This document shows, one piece after another, positions 37,481 to 47,024 of a DNA stretch of 64,000 nucleotides. This stretch comes from Minisyncoccia bacterium. Its GTDB lineage: Bacteria > Patescibacteriota > Minisyncoccia > UBA6257 > 2-01-FULL-56-20. The notes under the pieces were generated by a model. The model searched no databases, was not told the origin of the DNA, and was given only the letters and a program-made list of their open reading frames with translations. The stretch's first letter is position 1. The number at the start of each line of letters is the position of its first letter. The DNA lies in assembly GCA_050008535.1 (NCBI GenBank), contig JBEKML010000002.1:24732-88731 (forward strand), given 5' to 3'. A program made the position numbers and the translations under genes.

Positions 37481-37882
37481 ATGAGAACCGTGATGGTTTT
37501 CGGGACATTCGACGGTATCCACGATGGCCACCGGGCTTTTTTGCGGCAGGCGCGGGAGCACGGCGACCATCTGATCGTGGCGGTCGCGCAAGATGCAGTC
37601 GTGGAACAATTAAAAAAACGCCCGCCGCAGAGGAACATTCAGGAACGGATAGGCGCACTCGCGGACGAGGCGCTTGCAGACCAGGTGGTCGCCGGAGACA
37701 CGGAGATTGGGACATATGCCGTTGTAAAGCGCTATCGGCCGGATGTGATCGCCCTCGGCTACGACCAGACGGCGCTTAAAAAAGACATCGAACAACACCT
37801 CTCTGATTTTGGATGGTATGTGGAAATGGTCACGCTCCGCCCGCACAAGCCGGAAATTCACCACACAAGCCTGCTGAAATAA
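37481..37882 (+). CDS. cytidylyltransferase-like nucleotidyltransferase (TagD / RfaE-domain-II family)
   Basis: FGTFDGIHDGHRAFLRQAREHGDHLIVAV matches (H/T)xGH nucleotidyltransferase signature, ~130 aa like TagD. Confidence 0.7.
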   Translation: MRTVMVFGTFDGIHDGHRAFLRQAREHGDHLIVAVAQDAVVEQLKKRPPQRNIQERIGALADEALADQVVAGDTEIGTYAVVKRYRPDVIALGYDQTALKKDIEQHLSDFGWYVEMVTLRPHKPEIHHTSLLK

Positions 37883-37891
37883 GCATGGCTC

Positions 37892-40800
37892 TTATCCGAG
37901 CCGCTTTGCGGCGTCGCAGATAAACTTGACCTCGCCGTCGCGCGGGGAAATATGGCCCTGCACGATCACGGGCGCGTTTTCGGCCCATACGGACGAGGTT
38001 TTCTCAAGGACGCTATTGAAGACCACGACTTCAAGCGGTTTCTGGGAAGCATCCTCGATGGTCGCAAAGATCATTGGTTGGCCGTTCTTTGTGAGGATCT
38101 TCCGCATTTTCGTCACAACGCCCGCCGCGCGCACGATAAGCCGTTCGTTCGTGACGGACATAAGCTCTGCGATCGGTCGCACGCCGGCATTCTTCAGTTT
38201 TTCCGCAAATGCCGCCAAAGGATGTTCCGAAAGATAGAACCCGATCAGCTCTTTTTCCCAGGCAAGCTTTTCGGCATTCGTCGCCGGCGGCGCGGGTTTG
38301 AGTTTCAAGGACGCCGCGGGCATGGTATCGCCAAAAAGCGATCCGCCATTCTGCATGCCTGTGCCACGCCGCGCCGCATTCGTGAAACGCAGGATGTCAT
38401 CCATGTTCGCGAGCGCTTGATTGCGTTCAATGCCAAGCGATTCAAATGCACCGGCCTTCACCAAACTTTCCAGCGATTTTTTGTTCAGGTCCTTGTGCTG
38501 GATGCGCATCAGGACGTCCTCAAAATTCTTGAACGGCCCGCGCCGTGTCCGTTCTTCAATGATGGCCTTCGTGATCTCCGTGCCGACGTTTTTCACCGCT
38601 TCAAGGCCAAACCGGATCTTTTCGCCTTCCGGCGTGAAGGCGACGAAGCTTTTGTTGATGTCGGGCGGGAGGATATCGATGCCGGATTGCTTCGCTTCTT
38701 GGATAAGGAACGAGATGCGCTCAATATCGCTTACCTCGGCGTTCAGGAGCGCCGCCATGAATTCTTCCGGATAGTGCGCTTTAAGATACGCTGTTTGGTA
38801 GCCGATCAGGGCGTAGCACGCAGCGTGCGATTTATTGAACCCGTAGCGCGCGAAGGGCGGAAAGAGCTCCCAAATGGCTTTTGCGGTGCGTTCCGGGATG
38901 CCGTTTTTGATCATGCCCTGCGTGAGCTTCACGCTTTGTTCGTCAAGCAGGGATTTTATCTTTTTCCCGATCGCTTTGCGGAGCGTATCGGCTTCGGGGA
39001 GCGTATAGCCGCCGAGGTCGCGGGCAATTTGCATCATCTGCTCCTGGTAGACGCCGATGCCATAGGTATTTTTCAAAATCGGCTCGAGCTTCGGATGGAG
39101 ATAGGTGATCTTTTCCTCGCCGTGCTTGCGCTTGATGAAAGAAGGAATAAGTTCCATGGGGCCCGGCCGGAAGAGCGCCACAAGCGCGATCAGGTCTTCA
39201 AGGACCGTAGGGCCGATGTCTTTCATGTAGCGCCGCATGCCGCTTGACTCAAACTGGAATACGCCCGTCGTGTCCGCTTTTTGAAGCAGCGCGAATGTTT
39301 TTTTGTCGTCCAATGGGATCTGGGAAATATTCACTGTTTCACCGTGGAGTTCCTTCACGAGGCGGACAGCATCTTCGATGATGGTCAGATTTTTGAGGCC
39401 CAAGAGGTCGATCTTCAGGAGGCCGAGGTCTTCCACGGCGTGCATTTCAAATTGCGTGATGATGATATCTTTTTCCTGCGGGGCGAATTGCACCGGCACA
39501 CGCTCAGTCAGGAGCTCCTTCGCGATCACGGTGCCGCAGGCGTGGACCGACGCGTGGCGTGCGACGCCCTCCAGGTGCCGCGCGGTGTCTATCAGTTTTT
39601 TTGCGTCGGGGTTCGCATCGTAGAGCGCTTTCAGTTCGGCGACTTTTTTCAGGCATTCATCGAGCCATCCTTCCTTCATGCCTTGCGTAGGATTGAAGGG
39701 GATGAGTTTCGCGATCTGGTCACAGAAAGCGTATGAATACCCCATCGCGCGGCCGGCGTCGCGGATCGCGGCGCGCGCCGCCATCGTCCCGAAGGTGATG
39801 ATGCGCGCTACGTGGTCCTCGCCGTACTTTTCGCGCGCATAGGCAAGCACTTCATCGCGCCGCGTGTCGGCAAAATCAATATCAATATCCGGCATCTGGA
39901 TACGCTCCGGGTTCAGGAACCGCTCGAAGAGCAGGCCATAGGTGAGGGGATTAATGTCCGTGATGCCGAGCACGTACGAGATCAAACTGCCCGCCGCCGA
40001 TCCTCTTCCGGGCCCCACGGCTATGCCATGCATTTTTGCCCAGGTAATAAGGTCCTGGACGATCAGAAAATAATCGGCGAAACCCGTTTTTTCGATGACG
40101 CCGAATTCATATTCCAGCCGATCGCGCACTTCTTTGGTTTGCGCCGCGGGAGGGAACCGTTCTGGCAGTCCCTCCTCCATGAGTTCGCGGAGGTAGGCGT
40201 TCGCGGTTTTCCCGTCGGGCTTCGGAAAGTCCGGCAGGAGCACCTTTCCGAGCTCCAGGTCAACATTGCAGCGTGCGGCGATCTCCGCCGTGCGCTCCAC
40301 GGCTTCGGCGCCGCCCGGGATCGCGGCGAATTTTTCCATCATTGCTTCTGGTGAGAGCACTGAAAAATCATCCTCCTTCATGGTCAGGCGGTCGTCGTCG
40401 GCAAGCCTGTTGCCGGTCTGGACGGCCAGGAGCACGTCGTGATATTCGTTGTCTTCGGAGTGGAGATAGTGGCTGTCTTGCGTTGCGACGAGCGGGATGC
40501 CGGTCGCAACGGAGAGCGCCACAAGCGGCGCTTCTATTTTTTCCGATTCGGGAACGTGCGGATGCTTTTGAATTTCCAAAAAATAATTTTCTTTGCCGAA
40601 AATGGACCGGTATTCCTCCGCGATCTTTTTTGCTTCTTCCGTCCGTCCCGCGGAGAGCGCCTGGCCGATCTCGCCGCCGAGGCATGCTGAAAGTGCGATC
40701 AATCCTTCGTGGTGCTCGCGGAGGAGATCTTTGTCCACGCGCGGGCGGTAATAAAACCCCTCAAGGTGAGCCTTGGAGACGAGCTTGATCAGATTTTTCC

Positions 40801-41089
40801 ATCCCGTTTCGTTCTCGCAGAGGAGGATAAGGTGATAGTATTTTTCGCTGGTCTCTTTTGAGAACCGATCGCGCGGCGCGACGTAGGTTTCCACGCCGAT
40901 GATCGGTCTTATGCCGTTCTTTTTCGCGGATTTATAAAACTCAACGACGCCGTAGAGCACGCCGTGATCGGTCAAGGCGACCGCATCCATGCCGAGCTCT
41001 TTTACGCGCTTTACGAGCGGATCTATCTTTGAAAGGCCGTCAAGGAGGGAATAGTGGGAATGCGTATGAAGGTGGACGAATTTAGGCAT
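37892..41089 (-). CDS. dnaE: DNA polymerase III alpha subunit
   Basis: N-terminal PHP domain (VHLHTHSHYSLLDG), polymerase core, C-terminal OB domain; 1065 aa. Confidence 0.95.
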   Translation of the reverse strand: MPKFVHLHTHSHYSLLDGLSKIDPLVKRVKELGMDAVALTDHGVLYGVVEFYKSAKKNGIRPIIGVETYVAPRDRFSKETSEKYYHLILLCENETGWKNLIKLVSKAHLEGFYYRPRVDKDLLREHHEGLIALSACLGGEIGQALSAGRTEEAKKIAEEYRSIFGKENYFLEIQKHPHVPESEKIEAPLVALSVATGIPLVATQDSHYLHSEDNEYHDVLLAVQTGNRLADDDRLTMKEDDFSVLSPEAMMEKFAAIPGGAEAVERTAEIAARCNVDLELGKVLLPDFPKPDGKTANAYLRELMEEGLPERFPPAAQTKEVRDRLEYEFGVIEKTGFADYFLIVQDLITWAKMHGIAVGPGRGSAAGSLISYVLGITDINPLTYGLLFERFLNPERIQMPDIDIDFADTRRDEVLAYAREKYGEDHVARIITFGTMAARAAIRDAGRAMGYSYAFCDQIAKLIPFNPTQGMKEGWLDECLKKVAELKALYDANPDAKKLIDTARHLEGVARHASVHACGTVIAKELLTERVPVQFAPQEKDIIITQFEMHAVEDLGLLKIDLLGLKNLTIIEDAVRLVKELHGETVNISQIPLDDKKTFALLQKADTTGVFQFESSGMRRYMKDIGPTVLEDLIALVALFRPGPMELIPSFIKRKHGEEKITYLHPKLEPILKNTYGIGVYQEQMMQIARDLGGYTLPEADTLRKAIGKKIKSLLDEQSVKLTQGMIKNGIPERTAKAIWELFPPFARYGFNKSHAACYALIGYQTAYLKAHYPEEFMAALLNAEVSDIERISFLIQEAKQSGIDILPPDINKSFVAFTPEGEKIRFGLEAVKNVGTEITKAIIEERTRRGPFKNFEDVLMRIQHKDLNKKSLESLVKAGAFESLGIERNQALANMDDILRFTNAARRGTGMQNGGSLFGDTMPAASLKLKPAPPATNAEKLAWEKELIGFYLSEHPLAAFAEKLKNAGVRPIAELMSVTNERLIVRAAGVVTKMRKILTKNGQPMIFATIEDASQKPLEVVVFNSVLEKTSSVWAENAPVIVQGHISPRDGEVKFICDAAKRLG

Positions 41090-41256
41090 AGGTGTTCTTT
41101 GTGTTGCCCCCGCAAGCGAGGATGCAGAACATTGAATTGCTCTTAAATGATACTAAAAAATTCATGAAAAAGACAGGGGCTATGTTGCTGCACGGCCCTA
41201 CCGTCATGTTTACAGAATGTTTATCGTCATATAATATAGGGGAGCCGCAAGGGACC

Positions 41257-41328
41257 GCCGGAGTAGCTCAATGGCAGAGCAGCGCTTTTGTAAAGCGAAG
41301 GTTGGAGGTTCGACTCCTCTCTCCGGCT
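41257..41328 (+). tRNA. tRNA-Thr (UGU)
   Basis: GCCGGAGTAGCTCAATGGCAGAGCAGCGCTTTTGTAAAGCGAAGGTTGGAGGTTCGACTCCTCTCTCCGGCT; anticodon loop TTTGTAA; TTTACA-N17-TAATAT promoter upstream. Confidence 0.8.
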
Positions 41329-41337
41329 CAATAAAAA

Positions 41338-41739
41338 TCAGAACCGGTTGCTATCAAGCAGTTCTTTGAAGTAGGCATCCAAGTTTTCCAGTTTTTTGAT
41401 TTCTTCTATTATGAACCAGCCGTATTCTGTGTGGTCGTCGTTCAGTTTTGGCTGTCCGTCAATATTTCCCGAATACGTTAATCTTACAACATGTCTGCCG
41501 GGGACTCGCAAAATGTCTTGGGCGGCCACGAGCTTTGGCGTTTCGGTCAGGTCCAGGTTTACTTCCTCTTTGATCTCGCGTTTTAGATTGAGAAGAAGCG
41601 GCGTACCGGGGATGATCCTGCCGCCAACGATGTCCCATTTTGCTCCGACCTCCGGATATTTTTCCGACGAGCGCCGTACTAAAAGATATTTTCCATCTTT
41701 ATTTTTGAGAAATGCTTTGACGCCGACTTGTAGTTCCAT
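41338..41739 (-). CDS. NUDIX hydrolase
   Basis: MELQVGVKAFL...GGRIIPG...REIKEEVNL Nudix-box-like; start chosen at Met 41739 so as not to overlap tRNA-Thr(GGU). Confidence 0.65.
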   Translation of the reverse strand: MELQVGVKAFLKNKDGKYLLVRRSSEKYPEVGAKWDIVGGRIIPGTPLLLNLKREIKEEVNLDLTETPKLVAAQDILRVPGRHVVRLTYSGNIDGQPKLNDDHTEYGWFIIEEIKKLENLDAYFKELLDSNRF

Positions 41740-41792
41740 GGAACCATTGTACCACTGGACTTTTTGGTTGAAAAACTTACTATATCTATAGT

Positions 41793-41865
41793 GCCGATGT
41801 AGCTCAGCTGGTAGAGCAACTCCATGGTAAGGAGTAGGTCGCCGGTTCAAATCCGGCCATCGGCT
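41793..41865 (+). tRNA. tRNA-Thr (GGU)
   Basis: GCCGATGTAGCTCAGCTGGTAGAGCAACTCCATGGTAAGGAGTAGGTCGCCGGTTCAAATCCGGCCATCGGCT; anticodon loop ATGGTAA. Confidence 0.85.
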
Positions 41866-41920
41866 CAAGAAGGGGAAAGGGCTTGATTAATGCCGTTCGG
41901 CGGGATATACTGTCTTCCAT

Positions 41921-42100
41921 ATGGCAAAAGTTAAATGGGCCGACAAATTGATCACTCTCCGCTGTTCCGTCTGCAAGCGGCGGAATTATTATACGACGAA
42001 GAACAAGAAAACCGTTGAGCGGAAAATAGAATTCAAGAAGTTCTGCAAGTGGTGCCGGAAGGCTACGTTACACAAGGAAGCGCGCATCACCGGGAAATAG
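41921..42100 (+). CDS. rpmG: 50S ribosomal protein L33 (zinc-ribbon)
   Basis: MAKVKWADKLITLRCSVCKRRNYYTTKNKKTVERKIEFKKFCKWCRKATLHKEARITGK; not in ORF track (59 aa); TTGATT-N17-TATACT promoter upstream. Confidence 0.85.
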   Translation: MAKVKWADKLITLRCSVCKRRNYYTTKNKKTVERKIEFKKFCKWCRKATLHKEARITGK

Positions 42101-42115
42101 TACAATATTCGTGAG

Positions 42116-42186
42116 GGGGGCATCGTTCAGTGGCAGGACAGCGGTCTCCAAAACCGCCAACCTGGGTTCGATTCCTAGTGCCCCCG
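42116..42186 (+). tRNA. tRNA-Trp (CCA)
   Basis: GGGGGCATCGTTCAGTGGCAGGACAGCGGTCTCCAAAACCGCCAACCTGGGTTCGATTCCTAGTGCCCCCG; anticodon loop CTCCAAA. Confidence 0.85.
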
Positions 42187-42201
42187 CAGTATACTTAGGT
42201 T

Positions 42202-42894
42202 ATGGGCATAGAAAACTTAGGGAATCTCGGCCATTGGATAAGAGATTATTTGCACGCTATTCATAAACAGAGCCTGGCTTTTATTTACAGAAAGCCGCCC
42301 CGGCATTATCTTGAACACATTATTGATGGCAAAAAGCCGGTTATTCTTATCCCGGGAATATTTGAAAAATGGCACTTTTTGAAAGCCGTCGCCGATCCAT
42401 TGTCTTTGCTGGGACATCCAATTTACGTGTTAGAGCGCATGGGGTACAACACGCGGGAAATTCCCCATTCGGCCAAGCTCATCCGGGAGCTTATTGAAGA
42501 AAGGAATCTGAGGCACGTTGTCATTGTTGCCCACAGCAAAGGCGGCCTCATCGGAAAATATGTTTTGGCGTTTTACAATCAAGACAAAAGAGTCGAGAAA
42601 GTTATTGCCATCGCAACGCCGTTCAAGGGGAGCGCTATGGCAACATTCATTCCCGGAAAAGCGGCGGAAGAACTTTCTCCGCGCAGTAAAATTATCGAAA
42701 CGCTATCCGAAAGGAAGGAGGTGAACCACAAGATCACCTCTGTTTTTGGTGTCTTTGATAATCATGTTTGGCCGGAATCCAGCTGCTCTCTCGAGGGAGC
42801 GAAAAATATTCAAGTCGAAGTACGCGGCCACCACAAAATCCTTTTTGACAAAAAAGTGAGAGAGATTGTGGTGTCCGAAATAGAAACCGCTTAG
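42202..42894 (+). CDS. alpha/beta-hydrolase, lipase/esterase-like (AHSKGG nucleophile elbow)
   Basis: GxSxG-type motif VAHSKGGLIG; visibly A+T-richer than flanks. Confidence 0.7.
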   Translation: MGIENLGNLGHWIRDYLHAIHKQSLAFIYRKPPRHYLEHIIDGKKPVILIPGIFEKWHFLKAVADPLSLLGHPIYVLERMGYNTREIPHSAKLIRELIEERNLRHVVIVAHSKGGLIGKYVLAFYNQDKRVEKVIAIATPFKGSAMATFIPGKAAEELSPRSKIIETLSERKEVNHKITSVFGVFDNHVWPESSCSLEGAKNIQVEVRGHHKILFDKKVREIVVSEIETA

Positions 42895-42897
42895 GGG

Positions 42898-45800
42898 CTA
42901 CGGGATCTCTATCCGATTGGATCCTGATACATTGACGCTCGTCGTGACATTCACGCTATTTAATGGTCCCGCGCCTCCTCCCTGGCACGAAAGATTGTAC
43001 GTCGCGGCTTGCGTCGGGGAGACCGACAAGGTTCCTCCTGCCGGGTTCACTGAAGTGCCGTTTATGGCGCATGAAACAGTGTTTGTGCAGCTCCACGAGA
43101 GTACTGATGATTGCGGCGGGACGATCAGCGTGGGGCTTGCGGAGAAGGTGCAACTCGGCGCAATAACGGTGATCAATACGGAGTCCGAGGCGCCGCAGGC
43201 ATCCGTCGCTGTTAGTTGGTATAAACCTGGCTGGGAATATGAGACGGACCACGAATCACCGGCACCCATAGACCATGATGGGTCCGTAGGCCCCGTCGAG
43301 GTCCATGAAAAGTCCCCACAGCCTCCTGAAGCGGTAGCGGTCACGATGCTGCCCACGGGCACGGTGGTGGCAGGAGTTATGGAAATAGAAGGAGGAGAGG
43401 GTGCGTTTACCGTTATTGGCGTGGCTCCTGATTTTGTCGGGTCCTGAACGCTCGTCGCTTTTATAACGGCCTGCATGGATCCCGCAGCCAGCGCGACCCT
43501 GGCGGGCAGCCACAGTTCTTTCGCGGCGCTTATGCTTGCGGGTGCGGTATAGACGCCGCTTGCGTTAATTGATCCGCCGCCACTCGCGACCGACCAGGTT
43601 ACCGCAGAACTGTAACTGCCAGTGCCGCTAACAGTCGCTGAGCACATCGAGGTTCCTTCGAGCGGGACCGAAGTCGGGCTACAGGAGACGGAGACGGAGC
43701 CTATTGTGGACGCGGGCGGCGCCGAAGAGACGGAAATATTGCACGTTTTCGAGCTCGCGCCGCTTGTCACCGTCGCTGAATAATCGCCGGATGTGTTGTA
43801 GGTCGTCTGGAAGAAAGATCCATTCCAGGTGGAGGGGCTCGCCCCGCTTGAGGTCCAGCTGTAGGTGCCGTTCCCGCCGCCGGCACTGAAGGAAACCATG
43901 TCGCCCGTCGCCGAGGATTGATCCGCAGGGCTGCAGGTGAGTGCCACCGGAGTAGGTGTGACCGAAAGGGTTGCACTGTCCGAGGCGCTCCCGCCGGGGC
44001 CGGTGCAGGTCAGGGTGTAGGTATGCGTGCCGACCGTTGAAGGAGAGATCACTCCTTGCTGGTTTGAACCCACCGATTGCGCACCCGACCAATCGCTCTC
44101 TGCGGGGGAGGCGGAGGCGGTACAAGCGGTTGCGTTCGTGGTGGTCCAGAAAAGCGAGGCCGATTGCCCCACAGTGATGGGAGAAGGAGAGACCGAAAGG
44201 GAAACGGCGGGGGTCGTGCCGGTGCTCACGGTAAAGTCAACGTCGTTGGACTGGACGTTCGGCGAAGAAAATTGCGCCCACTCCGTCCAGGAACCAATGG
44301 TTCGTCCCGAAGCCTAGAGCGGAGCAGTTGGTCGGTCCATTATGAGTGGCGCAGAACGAAAAGGGCGTATTGGGGATATTTGAAGTAAGGTTGAGCGTCC
44401 ATGCCTGTCCGACTGTGAAATTACCGCTTGTGCCGCCGTTGATAGTGAGCGATGCGGTCGCGGCCGGGCTTACTACAAGGGTTGCGTTACTCGAGGCGCT
44501 CCCGCCGGGGCCGGTGCAGGTCAGGGTGTAGGTGTAGCTGCCCGTGGCGGCGGGGGAGACCGAGGTGGAGCCGCTCGTTGATCGCGAACCGGACCAGGCA
44601 TTCGACGCGGTGCAGGCGGTTGTGTTCGCGCTTGACCAGGTGAGCGTTGCCGATTGCCCGGCGTTGATGGAGGAAGGAGAGACCGAAAGGGAAACGGCGG
44701 GTTGTCGTTTCGCCCTTAAAAGCGATGCTGGCAACGTATGTCCCTGCAGTACTGGGAGGAGTTGTAGATATCGTCACATTACTCGATAGCCCCTGGTTAA
44801 TTGGCGAAATATTGGATAAAGAAGTGGACAAAGAAGATTCCTGAATCCATCCGCTCGAGGGCCCGCTTATATAGGTTACGTTCGCGCTTAAGCCGCCCAA
44901 AGTTGATCCTTGTGTGCCGCTATTCGTGATCGTTACCTGCCCGCTTGTATCGGATGGACTCAAAGAAAGTGATTCGGGGCTTACCGCCATTTTTGCTAAG
45001 GGATCCCACGAAATAATAAAATTGGCGGTGAGTTGGGAAGGGGAAAGTGTTAAGGTGTCCGCCGGGGAAATACTTACCGCATTTGCGGTTGGGATCGAGG
45101 AAAGAACATTCTTCAAAAGAGCGAACGAACTTGGCGTGTGGGTATCGTGCAAAGCAACATCCCGGTTTTCTATTGAGTGCAATGTATACTGGGTTTGATC
45201 AGATGGCGTAGCGGCGTTTGCTGGCAGGGTATACTGGTCATTATTTGCCCTCAGGCCAGTGTAAGTTCCTTGATAAGCATTGTCGCAGGAACCACCGTGC
45301 CCGGAACAGGGATCGTTGCCGGTGGGAAAAGCTGTGAAGTGCCAACTTGCAGGTACCGACAGATCGGTTTTGGAGTTCTTCGAAGAAACGGTGATCGTTC
45401 CATTTGTGCCGCCGACCGGGTCACATGTGCCGGGCGTTGAACCGGGGGTGTACGTTATGCCGCCCGTGAGGCCCGTAGCTGCCGTGTAGCAATAGGTTGC
45501 ACTCTGGGCATCTACCCAAGCTGACCCGCCGCCCCATTTCCCCGAACCGTTTGGCTTACATGCATTTATTACCGTAACAACGAGCTGATCGCCGGGATTT
45601 ACAACTGCGCTCCCGCTGCCGCCATTCCCACTGCCCGCCCCTCCGCAGCCGGAACCGGCAACATCGTCCGGGCCGCACGTGCAACCATTATAAGAATAAT
45701 AAAAGGTCCCGATTTGTGCGGATCCATTATCATCAAACGCAGCAACGCCAACATCTGCGGTGGTATTTGGATAAATGCGAATATTTACATAACCGCCTGG

Positions 45801-46085
45801 ATCGAGCCATGTCCCGGCGGGGATGCCTACCTGCGTGGCCGTTTCGGTCCATCCCGCAGGCAATGAATCTCCCCCCGCAGAATGGCACGTTTCCCCGCCC
45901 TTGCTGTATCCTCCCCAGTAGAAAAGTGAACAAGTGGAATTCCACATATTGGCGTGACTTACGAATCCGCACATCGTAGCCCCGTCGGAGCATGTCGCCA
46001 ATGCCGCGAAGGAAATTGACGGCGAAACAAGCGCAAGGGTGAATGACGCGACTGTCAAAATAAAAATGGTTTTCTGTGGTTTCAT
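42898..46085 (-). pseudogene. giant secreted Ig-like-repeat surface protein, fragmented into three consecutive ORFs (46085-44487, 44734-44237, 44229-42898)
   Basis: Signal peptide at 46085 end; frame change between ...AFKGETTT and QPAVSLSVSPSS (~44715) and stop/restart at 44237/44229, both at boundaries of a repeated TTPAVSLSVSPS...YTLTCTGPGGSAS module; Big_2-like segment in last ORF. Confidence 0.5.
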
Positions 46086-46088
46086 TGT

Positions 46089-46910
46089 TTATGAATTGGG
46101 TACTTTTGAACTCACAATAATGTTTGTCTGCCCTTTCGCTTCTCCTTGGATCTGAACGTTTATCTGCTCCTTCGTTGAACTATTTTCCGCGAAGATGGTT
46201 GCAAGCGCGGAGGTGTTCGTCTTGGTCATGATCTGCCATGACGCGCCGGAGAAGAGACCAAGGTATTGGTTATAAAGTGTGCTTACCGATTCGCTGCTTT
46301 GGTATATCGCAGCGGTCGTGTGAACACCACTTGCGGGATCGGGATTGTCGCTTGAACTTAAAATTTTCGCCGAAGGATCAACGACAAGCTTTCTGGGGAA
46401 TCCTGTTACGAGCGTACCTTGCTGAACGGTCAGATGAGCGAATTGAGGCGTCGCGGTTCCCGCAATCCCCGTCCCGTAACTTACGGTGACCTGCGACCCC
46501 GACCCCTGGACGACGATTGCAACGCTCACCACGGAGGAAGCATTCTCCGCGTAGAGGCCCCGGGAGTTTTTATATTCCGTGACTTTGTTTGTGATCGGCC
46601 AGCCATTCGCTGGAAGGTATGCAAGATATTCATTATAGATGTCCGCGACAGAACTGGAGGAATTGAACGAAACGGTATACTGGTTCGTGCTCGTGCTGTA
46701 GTTTATACTATAACTTTGCGAAATGCGCGCGAGGGAATCAAGAACGAGCTCTTTCGGAAATCCGGGCGTGAGTTGGCCGCTCGGCGCAAAAGCGGGCGTG
46801 CCCATTGGCACCGGCCGCGTTGACGAGAAATACCACCAAAAAGCAAGAAGTATGACGATTACGACAGCGATCGCAATAAAGACAATTCGTGCTCGCTTGT
46901 CCATTTCCAT
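46089..46910 (-). CDS. membrane-anchored protein with internally duplicated domain
   Basis: N-terminal TM helix; two homologous halves (FPKELVLD...YNEYLAYL...GWPI / FPRKLVVD...YNQYLGLF...SWQI); 4 nt upstream of adhesin start. Confidence 0.6.
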   Translation of the reverse strand: MEMDKRARIVFIAIAVVIVILLAFWWYFSSTRPVPMGTPAFAPSGQLTPGFPKELVLDSLARISQSYSINYSTSTNQYTVSFNSSSSVADIYNEYLAYLPANGWPITNKVTEYKNSRGLYAENASSVVSVAIVVQGSGSQVTVSYGTGIAGTATPQFAHLTVQQGTLVTGFPRKLVVDPSAKILSSSDNPDPASGVHTTAAIYQSSESVSTLYNQYLGLFSGASWQIMTKTNTSALATIFAENSSTKEQINVQIQGEAKGQTNIIVSSKVPNS

Positions 46911-47024
46911 TAGACTTATTATACCAAATCCTCCAAAAAAGAAATAGTGTGGATAGAAAACGGCCCCAGCAGCGCACAGTGCGCACCGCTGGGGCCGAAG
47001 TTGGTTTGGTTCCCGCCAGGGAAC

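Noticed and set aside
37952-39247. 431-aa plus-strand ORF (and several others 39281-40788) inside dnaE
   Set aside because: Antisense shadow ORFs typical of G+C-rich coding DNA; Arg/His-rich low-complexity translations; dnaE on the minus strand has strong homology.
43980-44705. ~500-nt internal repeats in the adhesin considered as a diversity-generating retroelement TR/VR pair
   Set aside because: No reverse transcriptase nearby. Differences between copies are not adenine-specific. Repeats correspond to tandem protein domains.
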